This document shows, in pieces, positions 1 to 14,100 of a stretch of DNA of 64,000 nucleotides. The notes under the pieces are model-generated. The model saw only the letters and a list, made by a program, of their open reading frames with translations, was not told the DNA's origin and ran no database searches. Where the stretch lies: the NCBI GenBank assembly GCA_903813345.2, contig CAIIXF020000001.1:6758001-6822000 (forward strand). The letters are read 5' to 3'. The DNA comes from Owenia fusiformis (taxonomy: Eukaryota). A program made the translations under genes and the position numbers. Position 1 is the stretch's first letter, and each line of letters starts with the position of its first letter.

Positions 1-1
1 T

Positions 2-700
2 ACGTTAAGACGTGTTAGGGTTGGGATCTGTATCATCATCTTTACCTCGATTGTATATAACATCCCCATGTTCTGGGAGGTCAGTTTCACACAGGTCTAC
101 CATGAGTGCCTTAAATTGCATATGTTCACAAAAGGGGTAGTCCGTGGCTCGGTGGGCCAACATATCCTTTTCAGAATCATCTATGGCCTTGCAGGCAATC
201 TCATATTCCGTAATCTCCTCCCGGTTCTACTTGTCATTTCTTTCAATTGTCGCCTTATCCACTCTTTGAGAATCGCACGGCGTAACCATGACAAAATGAC
301 AGCAAAACAAGATAACGATCTTGATAACCGAGATAAAAATATCACAGTTACTCTTGTGTCTATCTCATTTGTTTATCTCATCTGCATTCTACCAATGTTG
401 GTTTTGAGCATGCTTGACATCCATTACAAATCAGTGCTTACACACAAAAATGACTATATTATTGATTATTATTATAAAGATGAAGGAGAAATTGCATCTT
501 GGAAGGTCTACCTTAAGTTTGAGTTGGTTGTTCGCTTGTTGGTACGTGTCAACTCTGCCGTTAATTTCTTAGTTTATTGCACAGTCAGGAAGGGATTCAG
601 AGGGAAACTAAAAAGCCTTTTCAAGAAAAGCATCAAAAGGGAAAGCTCTGTTCAAACCTTTACAAGTAATGTCTTAGAAAAATCAAATCAGAGAATTTGA
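2..700 (+). CDS. Class A (rhodopsin-like) GPCR, FMRFamide/peptide-receptor-like; 5'-truncated by the window edge (TM4-TM7 and C-tail)
   Basis: Frame is open from position 2 (TLRRVRVGICIIIFTSIVYNIPMFWE...). TM5 NLLPVLLVISFNCRLI, TM6 ITVTLVSISFVYLICILP and TM7 VNSAVNFLVYC match invertebrate FMRFamide-receptor-like GPCRs. Stop TGA ends at 700; no intron in the visible part. Confidence 0.85.
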   Translation, partial: TLRRVRVGICIIIFTSIVYNIPMFWEVSFTQVYHECLKLHMFTKGVVRGSVGQHILFRIIYGLAGNLIFRNLLPVLLVISFNCRLIHSLRIARRNHDKMTAKQDNDLDNRDKNITVTLVSISFVYLICILPMLVLSMLDIHYKSVLTHKNDYIIDYYYKDEGEIASWKVYLKFELVVRLLVRVNSAVNFLVYCTVRKGFRGKLKSLFKKSIKRESSVQTFTSNVLEKSNQRI

Positions 701-2131
701 AATATGTTTACATGTACCATTCCTCTTGGTTATGGAACAATCACTTTGAAAAGAAAGCACAGGTTTATCATCTAAGTGAAACACAGACTGATGGTTATGC
801 ATACCACACAAGATATTCCAGTGAAAATTTCACTAAAAAAAACAAGGCCATATGATATGTGGAGAAAAGCCATTGCACTGTTCATAAAAGACAAAGTGAG
901 AGGCAAATATAAAAACTAAATGCTTACTGGTATATAGTAACATGAATGGTGCAAACCTGATCCATAGTGCGAAGAGCTCCACCCATTTTGTGGGGGGCCT
1001 TCGTAAAAAGTTCTGAAATCAGGGTGCTTGCTAGGATTTGGACCTTTTTGTTATAATTGAATTGTGAACCACATTATTTTCCTATATATGAAGAACATTA
1101 AGCTGATCTGGATGTAAACCTAAGTGATCCCAAATCAGTGCTTATTTTGCACCCTATAATAGAATAATATCATTATGTATACACCTATTTTATTCAGCTA
1201 TAGCGGGCTGCATTAAAACATTGTTCAGTAAATAAAACTAGGGTTATATTTCAGTAGTGTATTCCAGGCCCAGGATTCCAGGCTTGGTTAAAGACATCTG
1301 GGTGGTCAACATGTATCTATTATCTCCTAGTTTAAGGCAGCATTACTTGTGATTAGTCAATTAATCGAGTATGATCGAGTAAATAATTAAGTTTTGTAAC
1401 TCATGCTTTGTAACCACCTTGATTGAACATAGATGATAATACCAAGATGTTGCCGGGAAAATGTTTTCTGATGGGAAAAAGTGTAGAAGATAATAACTAC
1501 TTATATGAATAAATGTTTGTAATTCCAAGCTTTCTGTTTAATATGCTACACAAGCATTTATATTGCATCCATGATGTCTATCTGAATGAATGCATTGTAT
1601 CATAGATGAACAACTATTTATTGCTTATAATAAGTAACATGCTGCAAGTTAAGAACCAAATTAAATTCAAAATGTGAACTGTAAAATGATAAAGTAATAT
1701 TAAACCTACAATAATACCAATGAAAAACAATTTGTAAATAGGCTGTTTCTTGTTTTTATGAAATGGCCTATATGACAGATTAATGTCAAAAGTTTGTAAA
1801 ATTCTGTAAAAATAGAAACAATAATAAAATGTTGGGTGAAAAAGAATTGAATTTCTGTTTGGAGTATCTGATTGATCCAGTTTTAATTACTTATGGTGTT
1901 GTACCATACTGAAGACAATCCATCAAAAACTAATACCCTTGAAGCCCCATCTTTCTTTGGTTATAAAACAGAAACATGATATAACATAATTGAGTAATTG
2001 ATAATGGATAATATGGATGTGTTACATAAGCAAAGAAGATCCGATTTAAGCCTTTTTAATTATGCTCGCTTTTCCACTTTAGATTTTATTTACTATAAAA
2101 CTTGTTTTATTAGAAATAACATCTTACTAAC

Positions 2132-5100
2132 CTTTCTGCGAATGAAGCCCTCGAGACACTTTGCTATATCATTTCCATTCTCTGCATCAATTGCTCTCTC
2201 CTCTTCAACCTGAAACAATAAATAAGAAAATATTGAGTTCTCAGTGTTGTACCAAGCCCTTGTGTTATCAAGTCTTGCATCTCCATTTTTGCCCATCTTT
2301 CTCAAAGATGAATACTGTGACAGTGATTTGATGCAACACTTTATGCCTTGCTACTCACAAAGCCCTTCAAACAAACCACAAGCCTTCAGTCATGGATATA
2401 TCCATGACTGAATATATCAGAGTTGGATCTCAAAGACATATGAATCTGGGGGCTTTTTCGTATGAGTGTAACCTAAGAATGCAACAACGTGGTCTACTTT
2501 TGGTTGAACAGAAACCCTTGACCCGACCAAATCATGAAAGGTTTATACGATGCTGTATAAATCCGGATTTTAACTAGAACAGATACATGTATACATACCA
2601 AGGCTACTACATCACTGTATACATCTGCTGGTACATCACCAGGAGCAACATTCACAGAGGCAGCTCCAGCTTGGTCTCTGCCTAGAGCTGCATAGTGCTG
2701 TAGGCCATTACAGGAGCCATCCTGGTGCACAGGGAAGTGGCAGATATGCTTGGAGATTGAGGGAGACCTGACAGCATTAGCAATCTCCATGCAGCATGCA
2801 AGAGTCTGCCAAGGCTCATCTGAACTCTGCCACCATTTGTTACCCTGTAATAATTACATCACTCAGTACAACATCACAATGGGGGTTCTGAATTGATTTA
2901 ATAATTTATTGTCTAATGTACATTACATCACTCAGTACAACATCACAATGGGGGTTCTGAATTGATTTAATAATTTATTGTCTAATGTACATGGATCAAG
3001 CAATCATCATCGGCCTCTCTCTACGTGAATGAAGATAGGGAATAACACACCAATGTCATTACCCTAGGATCTACCAAATATACACTACCCGTCACATGAG
3101 TACTGACGGTGGTTAGGGGAAGCTTAGCTACTAGACCTTGTCTCCCAGGCCCCCCGACCGAGACCTCTCACCATAAACACAGATTGCATGACATGTGCGT
3201 ATTTAATACAGGTGATGTCTCAAGACATTGTCTAAGTCACCACTCCCAAAAATAAGTTCAACACCCAGTATTGTCATAAATTTAAACCATAAATGTACAA
3301 ACGATATATTTGTATGGCATTTATAATGGACACATATACATGTACATGTTTTGATGATTTGATGAATTGGTGACAAAAACTTGATGTTGATAAGTCTGAA
3401 CTAGATGAGAATACATACTGTCATGGGGTTATCAGCAGAATCTAAGATGTCTGCCATATGGTCATCGGCAAATGCAAGTCGGTCTGCATTTGAAGATCTG
3501 TAAATGGATAATGACATACCATTGTCAAATATTAGAAAGAGACAACATCTTATACTAATGATCATCACCAAAATATTACAGGCCTCAAGATTAATTTTTC
3601 TTCTATGCCTGATTAACTCCCTTTCCTCAAAATGGAATTTGTCACTCACCTTTTTTTGAAGCCTGTGAGGTTTATGAGGTGAATCTTCAACCAATTCAGG
3701 CCACTGTCACCCAGTGGCTTACCCTGTGCAAACTGTAGCATACCACGCACGACATCGCTACCTGAAACAGTAATTAAACAGTAAATGATCTCAAAGTAGA
3801 AATAATATTTTCTCAAGTTATAACCATAACAATGAATGTACCTACAGTTAAGTATATTTTTCTTAGATGAGTGTCTGTGCCAATCTCTTGAAGACTGAAG
3901 ATAAAACATTTAACATGAATTACTTGTGGCTAACCTAGGTGATTGAAGTGAGGTGGACATGGGTATACTCTGCCTCTGAAGTCCATGTTGTGGGGAAACC
4001 AAAATATGCAATCTCGAAACTAAAACAAGAAACAGTGATATTTAGCACTTCAAAGAGCAAAATGGCTGCCATGTTACTTAATCAGCATACCAAAAACTTA
4101 ACCAGAATGATGTTGACAAAAGTGTGCTGTTGAACCTGTTAAAATTACAAGTTGAACAATTAGCCAGTTTTCCTCCTAAAGTGTGAAAAAAGGCATTATT
4201 TTCAAAAATAAATATCAAAAATATCAAAAAAGTTCCACTACTTTGAATATATGTTGTTTTTACCTGATTTGCAATGGAAAGCCTGTAGAGCTCATTGCAC
4301 CATAAACTGTACATTTCACTCTTCTGTTGTTTAAGGTGCAGTCTATCTTGGTAGACCTGAGCCCGCTCCTTACGGTCCATGTTTCTAAAAGACAAGCAAC
4401 GCATTCATTGAATATATATGTACTCATGTTACTGTCAGACACATAAATGCTGTAACATGTTTCTGTATGATATTCATATAGAACATTTTCATGTTAGACA
4501 AAAACAATTGCATCATATATATATTCATGTACATACGGATTCTTGTAATAAACATGTATACTTTAATATAACAACAGTATTGTTCTGATTTACTGATCCA
4601 AAATACTTAATAGAAATTAATTTTTAGGATAATTTTCTACTACTTTTGATAGCGTTCCAATGCACTTACTTAAATAAATGAAGAAAATAAAGGAACCAGT
4701 GTAATTCAAATATCTTCTTTTTCATATATAATTATTTACTGTATTGCCACTCACCTGTCCAGATGTGGTATTGATGGGCACTCTGATATCGGGGGAGGAA
4801 TATCAAGATTTTTATCTCCTTTTGAGTTGAACACATCAATGATAATGTCCAGGACCTACAAGATAACAGAAATGTTGAACCAGAACAAGATACACACTGA
4901 TTAATTTCGCACTTTGATGAGAACACAAACCACCAAGTAATTTACCCAGCATTAAATACCTAAGTATGCTCTAGCATGTCTACAGGTATTTTCAAATTGA
5001 ATGGATTAGTGGTTTAACTGTAATAATGACATTAGATTTATTTGCTACGATTTTCATGGCGTCAACCCACCCATCCAGACAGACACAAACATGTATGCCC

Positions 5101-8100
5101 ATCAGCACAAGACCCATACAATACAGCACACAAAATTGCGATAAAAATATTTTTATATACATGTACATACATATCTGCTATTCCAAAAATGTAAGGCTTT
5201 AAATTTGGAATTATGTCCTAAAAGTTGATGGAATCTTCTAAATGTTCTTGTGTTCAATGAACCAAACAATGATGGATTAATTGTGCATCAACAATCAACA
5301 ACTTAGTTTTCTGTCTATACTAGGCATGCTCACACACCAAACCATTCAAAATGCATTTCATTGCACTCTTGGGTGCTATATTGTTATCAATTTGTTATTG
5401 CACCTTTGTTTATCATTGTGTTTTTTTAATTTGACTTACTTCATTGTTGATCTTCCATGCACAGCTACTGAGTGTGTTAAGTGAGTCCAAGTGTGTTTTT
5501 CTAATTTGACTTACTTCTTTGTTGATCTTCCATGCACAGCTACTGAGAGTGTTAAGTGAGTCCAAGTGTGTTTTTCTAAGTTGACTTACTTCTTTGTTGA
5601 TCTTCCATGCACAGCTACTGAGTGTGTTAAGTGAGTCCAAGTGTGTTTTTCTAATTTGACTTACTTCATTGTTGATCTTCCATGCACAGCTACTGAGAGT
5701 GTTAAGTGAGTCCAAGTGTGTTTTTCTAATTTGACTTACTTCTTTGTTGATCTTCCATGCACAGCTACTGAGAGTGTTAAGTGAGTCCAAGTGTGTTTTT
5801 CTAATTTGACTTACTTCTTTGTTGATCTTCCATGCACAGCTACCACTAGTAATCAGGATTTGGTGTGAATGGGACATTTCTGGTGTTAATTGGTATGAAA
5901 AATAATTTTACTACCATCTAACACCAAGTCACACCATAAAACTGGTGTGACTTGGTATGAAAGGATTAAGAGATTAAACCCCTGCTGTTCAACACTGAGT
6001 CATGCTGTTTGGCTGGTGTGAGATGGTGTTAGAATAAATTTTAATCCCTTTGATCTCTACAAATCAAAATCCACACCAAGTCACACTGAAAACTTGGTGT
6101 TACTTAGTAGTAAAATTTTCATAGTTCTTGATTGCAATTTATAATTCCTTTAATCTTTTGATCTGCTTATTATTGTATTTTTTCTAAGGGATTTGTCAAC
6201 ATGTCTAGAATGGAAACTAAACTTGAATTTTTATTTAAGAACATATTTATTTATCATTAATTACTTGATTTTAGTATATGTTTAAAACTTTAATAGTATT
6301 CTTATAGGCTTAGTTTGAGTCTAATTCATCTTTTCCAAATAACTAGAGAAAAAACTTAATCGTCAAACATTCTAATTATTATTAATTGTTTTAAACCTTA
6401 AAGATTAAAAAAAACTTGATTTGTCAAGTTATTAAAATAGCATTAATGGATGAGTGTCACAAACAGGATTAGTGAAGCAATTGAGCAACTGAGTATAATA
6501 AACAAAAATATCAAACATTGATGTCACGTTTTGTTTTTTGGTATTGCTACATTGTTTGAATAGATATGACTTAACATCTAATGAGCCTCATTTTGGACAT
6601 ACAGATAAACAAGCATAGTAAAAAAAAAGTAAGGTAATATGTAATGAACTACCCATCACTGCCATGTTATTAATACATTTAAATGAAAATTGACAAGGAT
6701 GGGCAAATGTGCCCATACTGTAAACATAATGGAATGACCTGCTCAGAGTGAAGTGTGGGCAGATGACAATTTGACTACTAAATGTCAGGTTTAGAGTCAA
6801 TAATAGGATTAGTATGCCCATAGATGATTCCTAATTGCCCATAGATAGTCCTAATGTGCCCACACAGTACTATAGACATAATGGAATGACCTGCTCAGGG
6901 TGTCACTGAAGTCTGGGCAGATGACAATTTGACTACTCATAAATGTCAGGTTTAGAGTCAATAATGGGATTACTATGCTCATAGATAATTCCTAATTGCC
7001 CATAGATAGTCAAAATGTACCCATACATACTACTGTAGACATAATGGAATGACCTGCTCAGAGTGTCACTGAAGTGAGGGCAGATGACAATTTGACTACT
7101 CATAAATACTACCCATATATTCCATCATATGGTAATGGACGTTTTGGCCCCATGTATGCTCAATGGACTTATCCATTTGTTGTTCAGTGTTGGGTGGCAT
7201 GCCAGGCCCTGAACAAAGAGCATTAAGAAGCAACCATCATGTAAAACATATGCAGTTTACAATTGGGTGTCCCATATGGCATTAAGTGGTCAGGCAGCTA
7301 AAGTCACCAAGAAAGTTCCATCAGAAACCCCCAAGACTATGACAGAGTATATGTCAATGTCACCATCTACAGATAAATGTTGGACATTCTCTTTGTTAAA
7401 AGAGGACTATAGGAGCTCAAGAACAATTGCACATTTTTATGAAAACCTCTACCCTAATGAGAAACCAAATTTATGTGACATTGACCCAGTATGTAAGTTT
7501 GTTGGGGAGTGGTAAATATCAAGTGATAATAATGAACGGCCAGAAGAGATAGATTCCTTCTTTCATTCTCATAATATTAAATGTGATACTAAAATATATC
7601 ACTTGTCTTTTGTGAGCAAACCCTTAGCTTTAGCTGTTGAAGGAGATAGAGTTTGGTTTGTAAATTACAAATAAGATGAAGAGTTATCCTTTTAGTTATA
7701 TGTATATTGTTGTACATGGCTAGCATATTATTTATTACGATAAAAAGACTAAATGATTTCAGTAAGTACACATAAGTTATTGCCTCTGTTGATTTGTCCA
7801 CTTAGGAATACAATTTCAATTGTGATGATTATCTATATCTCCCAAAAGTATGCAAACATATTGAATAAATATAAAACTAATTTTAGAATTAATTTATTTT
7901 AATAAATCATAGTGGATTTAATTATGAAATTACTTAATTGCTGTATTGGAACACTGTACTAATAATCTATAGAAACAAAAACAATAAGTATAAGGCAATC
8001 AAGAGATCAAATACATGTTAAAATGCAATCAAGGATTAAGAAAATGAAGTTTTATGTTTTACTACCGATTCACACCAAACTTTCAGTGTGACTTGGTATG

Positions 8101-11100
8101 AATTTTTGTTTGTAGAGATCAAGGGGATTAAATTTGATTTTCATACCATCTCACACCAGCAGTATGGTGTGACTCAGTGTTGAACAGCAGGGGTTTAATC
8201 TCTTAATCCTTTCATACCAAGTCACACCAGTTTTATGGTGTGACTTGGTGTTAGATGGTAGTAAAATTATTTTTCATACCAATTAACACCAGAAATGTCC
8301 CATTCACACCAAACCCTGATTATACTGAGAGTGTTAAGTGAGTCCAAGTGTGTTTTTCTAAGTTGACTTACTTCTTTGTTGATCTTCCATGCACAGCTAC
8401 TGAGTGTGTTAAGTGAGTCCAAGTGTGTTTTTCTAATTTGACTTACTTCTTTGTTGATCTTCCATGCACAGCTACTGAGTGTGTTAAGTGAGTCCAAGTG
8501 TGTTTTTCTAATTTGACTTACTTCTCTGTTGATCTTCCATGCACAGCTACTGAGTGTGTTAAGTGAGTCCAAGTGTGTTTTTCTAATTTGACTTACTTCT
8601 TTGTTGATCTTCCATGCACAGCTACTGAGTGTGTTAAGTGAGTCCAAGACTGGGTAGAGCTGCTCTGGGGGACAGGCTGCCATCACTTCATGCTGCTCAG
8701 GGTGAGCTTCAGGGAGACGGACAAGTTTTGCTGTAAAAATACAGTATAAGATATATACCAGGTCGTTCAATAAGTTTGCAGAAAAATCATTCAACCTGGT
8801 GGTGGTATCTAGCTCATGTTTTTGAAAATTATGTGAAAGAACACCATCATGTTTTTAATATGTCAAACTTAAGTGGTGTGGGAAACAAGTCTTTCAGACA
8901 GGACAAATATGACCAGTCCATCTGCGTAGACCTGTGTCATAGCTGGGCATTACAGGTAAATCATTAGCTTGCAAATGTCCCTGTGTTTTTTTTTACTTAC
9001 TTGAGGCAAGCATGAAGCCCCCAGATCTGACAGAGGTCCAAGGAATAGGTGGCACCAGCATAGGTACTTCATAGATGTCGAAGGTCAAGCTTCGAATCCC
9101 TACATCTCTGTATAAACGCACTAATGCTGGATGTGGCTGAGTAAAAAAGAAAGAAAAAATAATATCATTGAAGTGTTAAACTTTTATGTACAGTTGTAGT
9201 GAACAAAAAATTGATTTCTACACATATTAAGATCAGTATTACTAACATAATGAGAATTAGGAAACGGCGACTCCACAGAGTAGCAAATCCCACCGAACCA
9301 AACATTGATCAAATACCCCATCATATTTTGGACATTACATGATAAAAATAAAACTTGCACTTAATCCTATTGCTCAGGTGTTTTAAGTTATTATAAATCA
9401 TTTTTCCATGAAAAATGGCAGCCATTTTGAATGAGCAGACATCTTGAAAATTCTTTCTTGACCAGAGTCCTATGTCTCTAAGCCAAAACCACATCTCAAA
9501 CATTACATTTATTGTGAAAAATGGTGGCCAACCATTCTGACCTGAGCATCTGTCTTGAAAATTCCTTCTTAAACTGACTCCCTCAAACATCAGCATATAA
9601 AATTTGAACCAAATCCATCAATTTGTATTTGAGTACATAAACATGGTTAAACATGGTATTTGCTATTGCAACCCTATATCCCTTTGGAATTCAAGCTAGA
9701 ATATGTTTGAAATATCAAGAATATGTTTGAACATAAGCCAAATAAAGTAACTCTATCATCACATGGTTATATTACCTTGACTTCTTCCTTCATTTTGTTG
9801 CTATGGTTACGGTATATGTTGTAGAATGCTGGAATACTTCTGAAACAAAAAAAATAGATTTTTAAATTGAGATGATATTCAAATGTTGAAATAACAATAA
9901 TCTTACAGAAATGTATCAATTTTCGAGTATCAGAAGAACAAAGGACAGAGAAGAAATCTTAAAAAGAATTACTACTTACATCCATTGGGCTAATCTCATC
10001 TGATAAATGTAAATATAAGTTGCATGGCATGTTAAACTGGAAGCGCCCGATTAAACTGAATCATGTGATCTAATTATGCACAATGACTTATACATGATTT
10101 CTGTCGCAGTGTTGCGACAGCCAATCAGATTGCGAGTTCTTAATCGGGGAAATGCTATTTGCTTATCGCAGGGGGTAAAAAGAAAGAATATATTCTGGAT
10201 TTTGAAGCCCTGTGATCAGAGGATGATCAATGTAATGTCACTTACTTGATTCCTGAAACAGGGGTATTGCCTGCAGCTATCTTTGTCTCAGACAGGATGA
10301 TGTTGTACATGAAGTGACCCACCTAACAAACAAGATATGATATTATCCTATGGGAGCTTTAAGATTCAATGGGATTAGTCAATTCAATACAATGCATATA
10401 TGTTTTCAAAATTCCAAAGATATTCCTTATTAACAATATTCATTATTAATTTTTGTTTTATATTATTAAAACTAAAAGGAATATACGCTTTTTTTCCTAT
10501 GCTTTGCAATACTCACATCTCTCATGACCTGTTCGGGCCAAAGTGGATCTTTGACATCCTGAAATTAGTGAAAATGTATTTTTTTAATCATTTTTTTCAA
10601 GTGAACATATTTTGTATTCTATAAGTTCGAAACAAAAGTAAAATAGTGCTGTCCCTCGTTGACTTTAGCTGCCAGTCTTCAATGTCCCCTTCAAACAGTT
10701 TTTATTGGAGTTCAGAACTCCTTCCCCATTCAATCTTTTTCAATCACTGTTAAAGTGCTTACATGTATACTGTCTTTGTGGCAATTAGTACTTGAAGATG
10801 CTACTTCAACAATAACCAAATAATTACATGTAGGTGTACATTCAACAAAAAAAATGAATTTACAATTATTACTTACCAGTGTAGGTCCATCGGTGAACTT
10901 CTGGCAAAGAGTTTGCCACATTTCTCTATGATTTCCTTCCTTTAACTGGCTGGCATTGTACTTGCTTATGTATTCATGATACATCTTACGAATCTGATAA
11001 ATAAAACACACACAGTAATGAATATCTGGATTTGAAGAATGGTTCACCATGTAATTTATCCAGCATTCACAAAACCTATTCAGTTGTTGGCAATAGTCTG

Positions 11101-14100
11101 TTCTTCAGACTTCAGCATGTGTAAAAGTTTCAAGCTGAACAGACAAATGCCAGTTTTCCTAAAATTTTATGACAGAATTCATGAAAAGTTCGGAACGGCA
11201 GATTTGTCAATCTTTTCAAAATGGCCACCACTCGCAATTGCGTATACTGAACCCTCTTAGTTTCTTTGAAACATAGGATAATTTCCTATGCTAAGGGCTA
11301 AAAAAAAAAGTCTGATTTTAATACATCAAAAAACATAAGCTGGATTTTAGATTTTAGATACATCGTAAATGTGTTACTTTAACATGTGGTCGAATGAGAA
11401 AGTTGCATTTAATGTTTAATATGTACACAAATCAAATAGGTTACCTTCTTAGCACTGCCTGCCTTGTGCTTTGTGTGTATGACATATTTCTGCATGAGAC
11501 GGTGTCCCAGTGTTGTTGCTAATATAAACATTGATGGACTGAACATTTCTGATGCCAGGCCTAGTCTTTGAATCTCCTGTAAACATTTCAAATAATTATG
11601 TGTATGCCAATGGGAACATAATTTGGACATCCAACTACAGCATACATATTCTTATTTATACATGTAGCAAAAAATGTCCAAGACACACAGTGGTAAATAT
11701 CACACTTTTTTATCAAAAATTCAAAAAGACCGTCAAGAATGTCCAAAACCTATAATCAGAAAACAATATAAAATTTTGAGAGATAAAAACAAATCAAGCC
11801 TGGAACTTTGTGCCAGTCAACTGATATTCTTTCTTCTAATATGGACATTCTGCAGAAATCAGATATAAAATGTTGAAATACATCATACCTGCATCATAAG
11901 CTCTACATACGTTTCAGGAGGGAACAGTTTGAGGTAGGGGTATAATCCAAGATGTATAGTACGAGTTCTATCATTCTCCAACTCTTTTAATTTCCTCTCA
12001 AAGCCAGCCTTCAATGAGTTCCTCCATGCGTGCTGTAGCTTCTTCAGTTTGACTCCCTAAAATCATATGTTCAATTTGCATAGGTAGGTGTGGATATAAT
12101 GTTGGATAATGTTGAATTACATCTAGCTCAGCCTCCCATTTATTCCCTATTGCCAATTGGAAAAGCTATATGGACTTGATAAAAGTATCAATTAAAATAT
12201 GACTTTGAGATTATTAACCATTTCATTAATAAACTTTACTTAAATTGTACTACATACCATTTCTTTTTCTTTTTCAGCATTTTCTGGATCACGTTTCTCA
12301 ATGGACTGTACGGATATATGATCTTGCGTTTCCAGTTGATATTGCTCAATGGCTTGTTTCGTTAAATCCCCTACAGGCAGTACATTGGCAAATGGATTAT
12401 CTGGAGGTACCTAGATAAACAAATAAACACACATTACCCTTCGAGCTGCTGGATATACTCTGGGGAAAGAGAGCAAGAAACATCCCAATAAAATAACAAC
12501 CCATGAACATATAAAATGTCACCACCTGCCATTTGTTACAGACACCAACTGCCAAACACCAACTGCTGAATGCCGTTCAAAAAAAGTTGGAGACTCTGAC
12601 GTGGTGAAATAAATTAAGTTAATACATCCTTAGAGCTCTCCACAAGTGATCAAATACTAAAATCAATAGACATGCACTTAACATGTACTACATCTATTAT
12701 GTGTTTCCAAATTTTGAATTGGTGATTTGTATTGAATAACTGTACCTCGTTGCTAAGATCATTTAGATCTGAGAGTAAGTCACATGAGTAGTGTTTCGCT
12801 ATCTGCACTGGATTTGCTTTGAAGTTTTTGTCACACTTCTTAATAGCCTAGAAAAAAGATTCATTTGGTTTATGCTGATTCTGTATGGCATATTTGATGA
12901 TTGAATCAGGCTGATTCAGAACTGAGGTGTATTAGAGGTGTTCATCTTTGGGGGATTGAGAGGTTCAATAGAAAGAAGAACATTGTTGTATCTTTATTTA
13001 TTCTCTTTTTAAAATGATCAAATTATTGACTTTAGTATTTAAGCCCTGGACTCAGAGCATTGCATACTGCATCATTCCATTGAAGGTGTTGTTTCCAAAT
13101 CTTTGCATGACTGCGCAGTGGGAATCCAAAGCTTAGGAAACAATGCCTGAGTAGAATGAAGCAGCCACAATGCATTGAGTCATAGGCTTAAATTCTTTTC
13201 ACACATTGCAAAATATTTTCTACAAAATTAGCTAAAAGATACAAAATCAGTTAAAGATAATATACAATGAAACTTTTTGGAAGGGTCAAGTTGACAAAGC
13301 ATCAATTACAATCTGTGAGTCTAGTTATCACATTGACAACCATACAAACAAATGGTTATTGCTTATATAACGTGAAATAGCGCGTTCTGATTGCCTGGAA
13401 ATGGACACACGTTGCATAGCTATGTGTGAATCTGATATTATGATTTCAGGGCTATTGTCATTTTTGAAACTAACAAAATGAACTACTGTACCTGAATCAC
13501 TTGCTCTTTTTCATCCATTTGGAAAGCACATGAGCTTAGTATATCTTTGAGTTTAAATTTCTGAAAACATGACAAAAACAAGAAAATTCTGTAGATTCTA
13601 CAATCATTATATATAAGTAAGTAGTAGTAGCAGTTGTATTAATGTCTCACGCACTAATATAGTTACTCATGTATACATAATATTGTGTAAAAATGATACA
13701 TAAAATTTTGAAACATGCCTAGTCGATGCCGACCTATGGGAGACAATGGAATGTTAGATTATGCTACACCATTTGGCTTGCATTTTTATAATTGTTTTAC
13801 CAAGTGTTCGTTGAACAGTATTTTCATTCATTATCAAACAACATTTCACTAAACTTGTTTGCATATCAAAGTCATTATAATCTAACATTTTGACAAAAAG
13901 ACTAGATCATCCATTTTACATACAATTGGCCCAAGCATTCTATCAATTTTAGCATATAAAATTAATAAAAAGGCAAGGAAAAGTTATCCTTGATTGTCAA
14001 GAGTCTGTATTAAGTGATGAAGATTATATAAAAGCTGGCATTCTACAAGGCTCTGTTCTTGGATCTCTACTTTTCCTGATATGTAAAATGATCTGGGCCT

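Noticed and set aside
5413-5877. 154-aa repetitive ORF as an independent gene, or the array as a CRISPR
   Set aside because: It is the translation of the 75-bp tandem unit, starting inside a transposon TIR. The units are contiguous with no unique spacers, there are no cas genes, and the context is eukaryotic.
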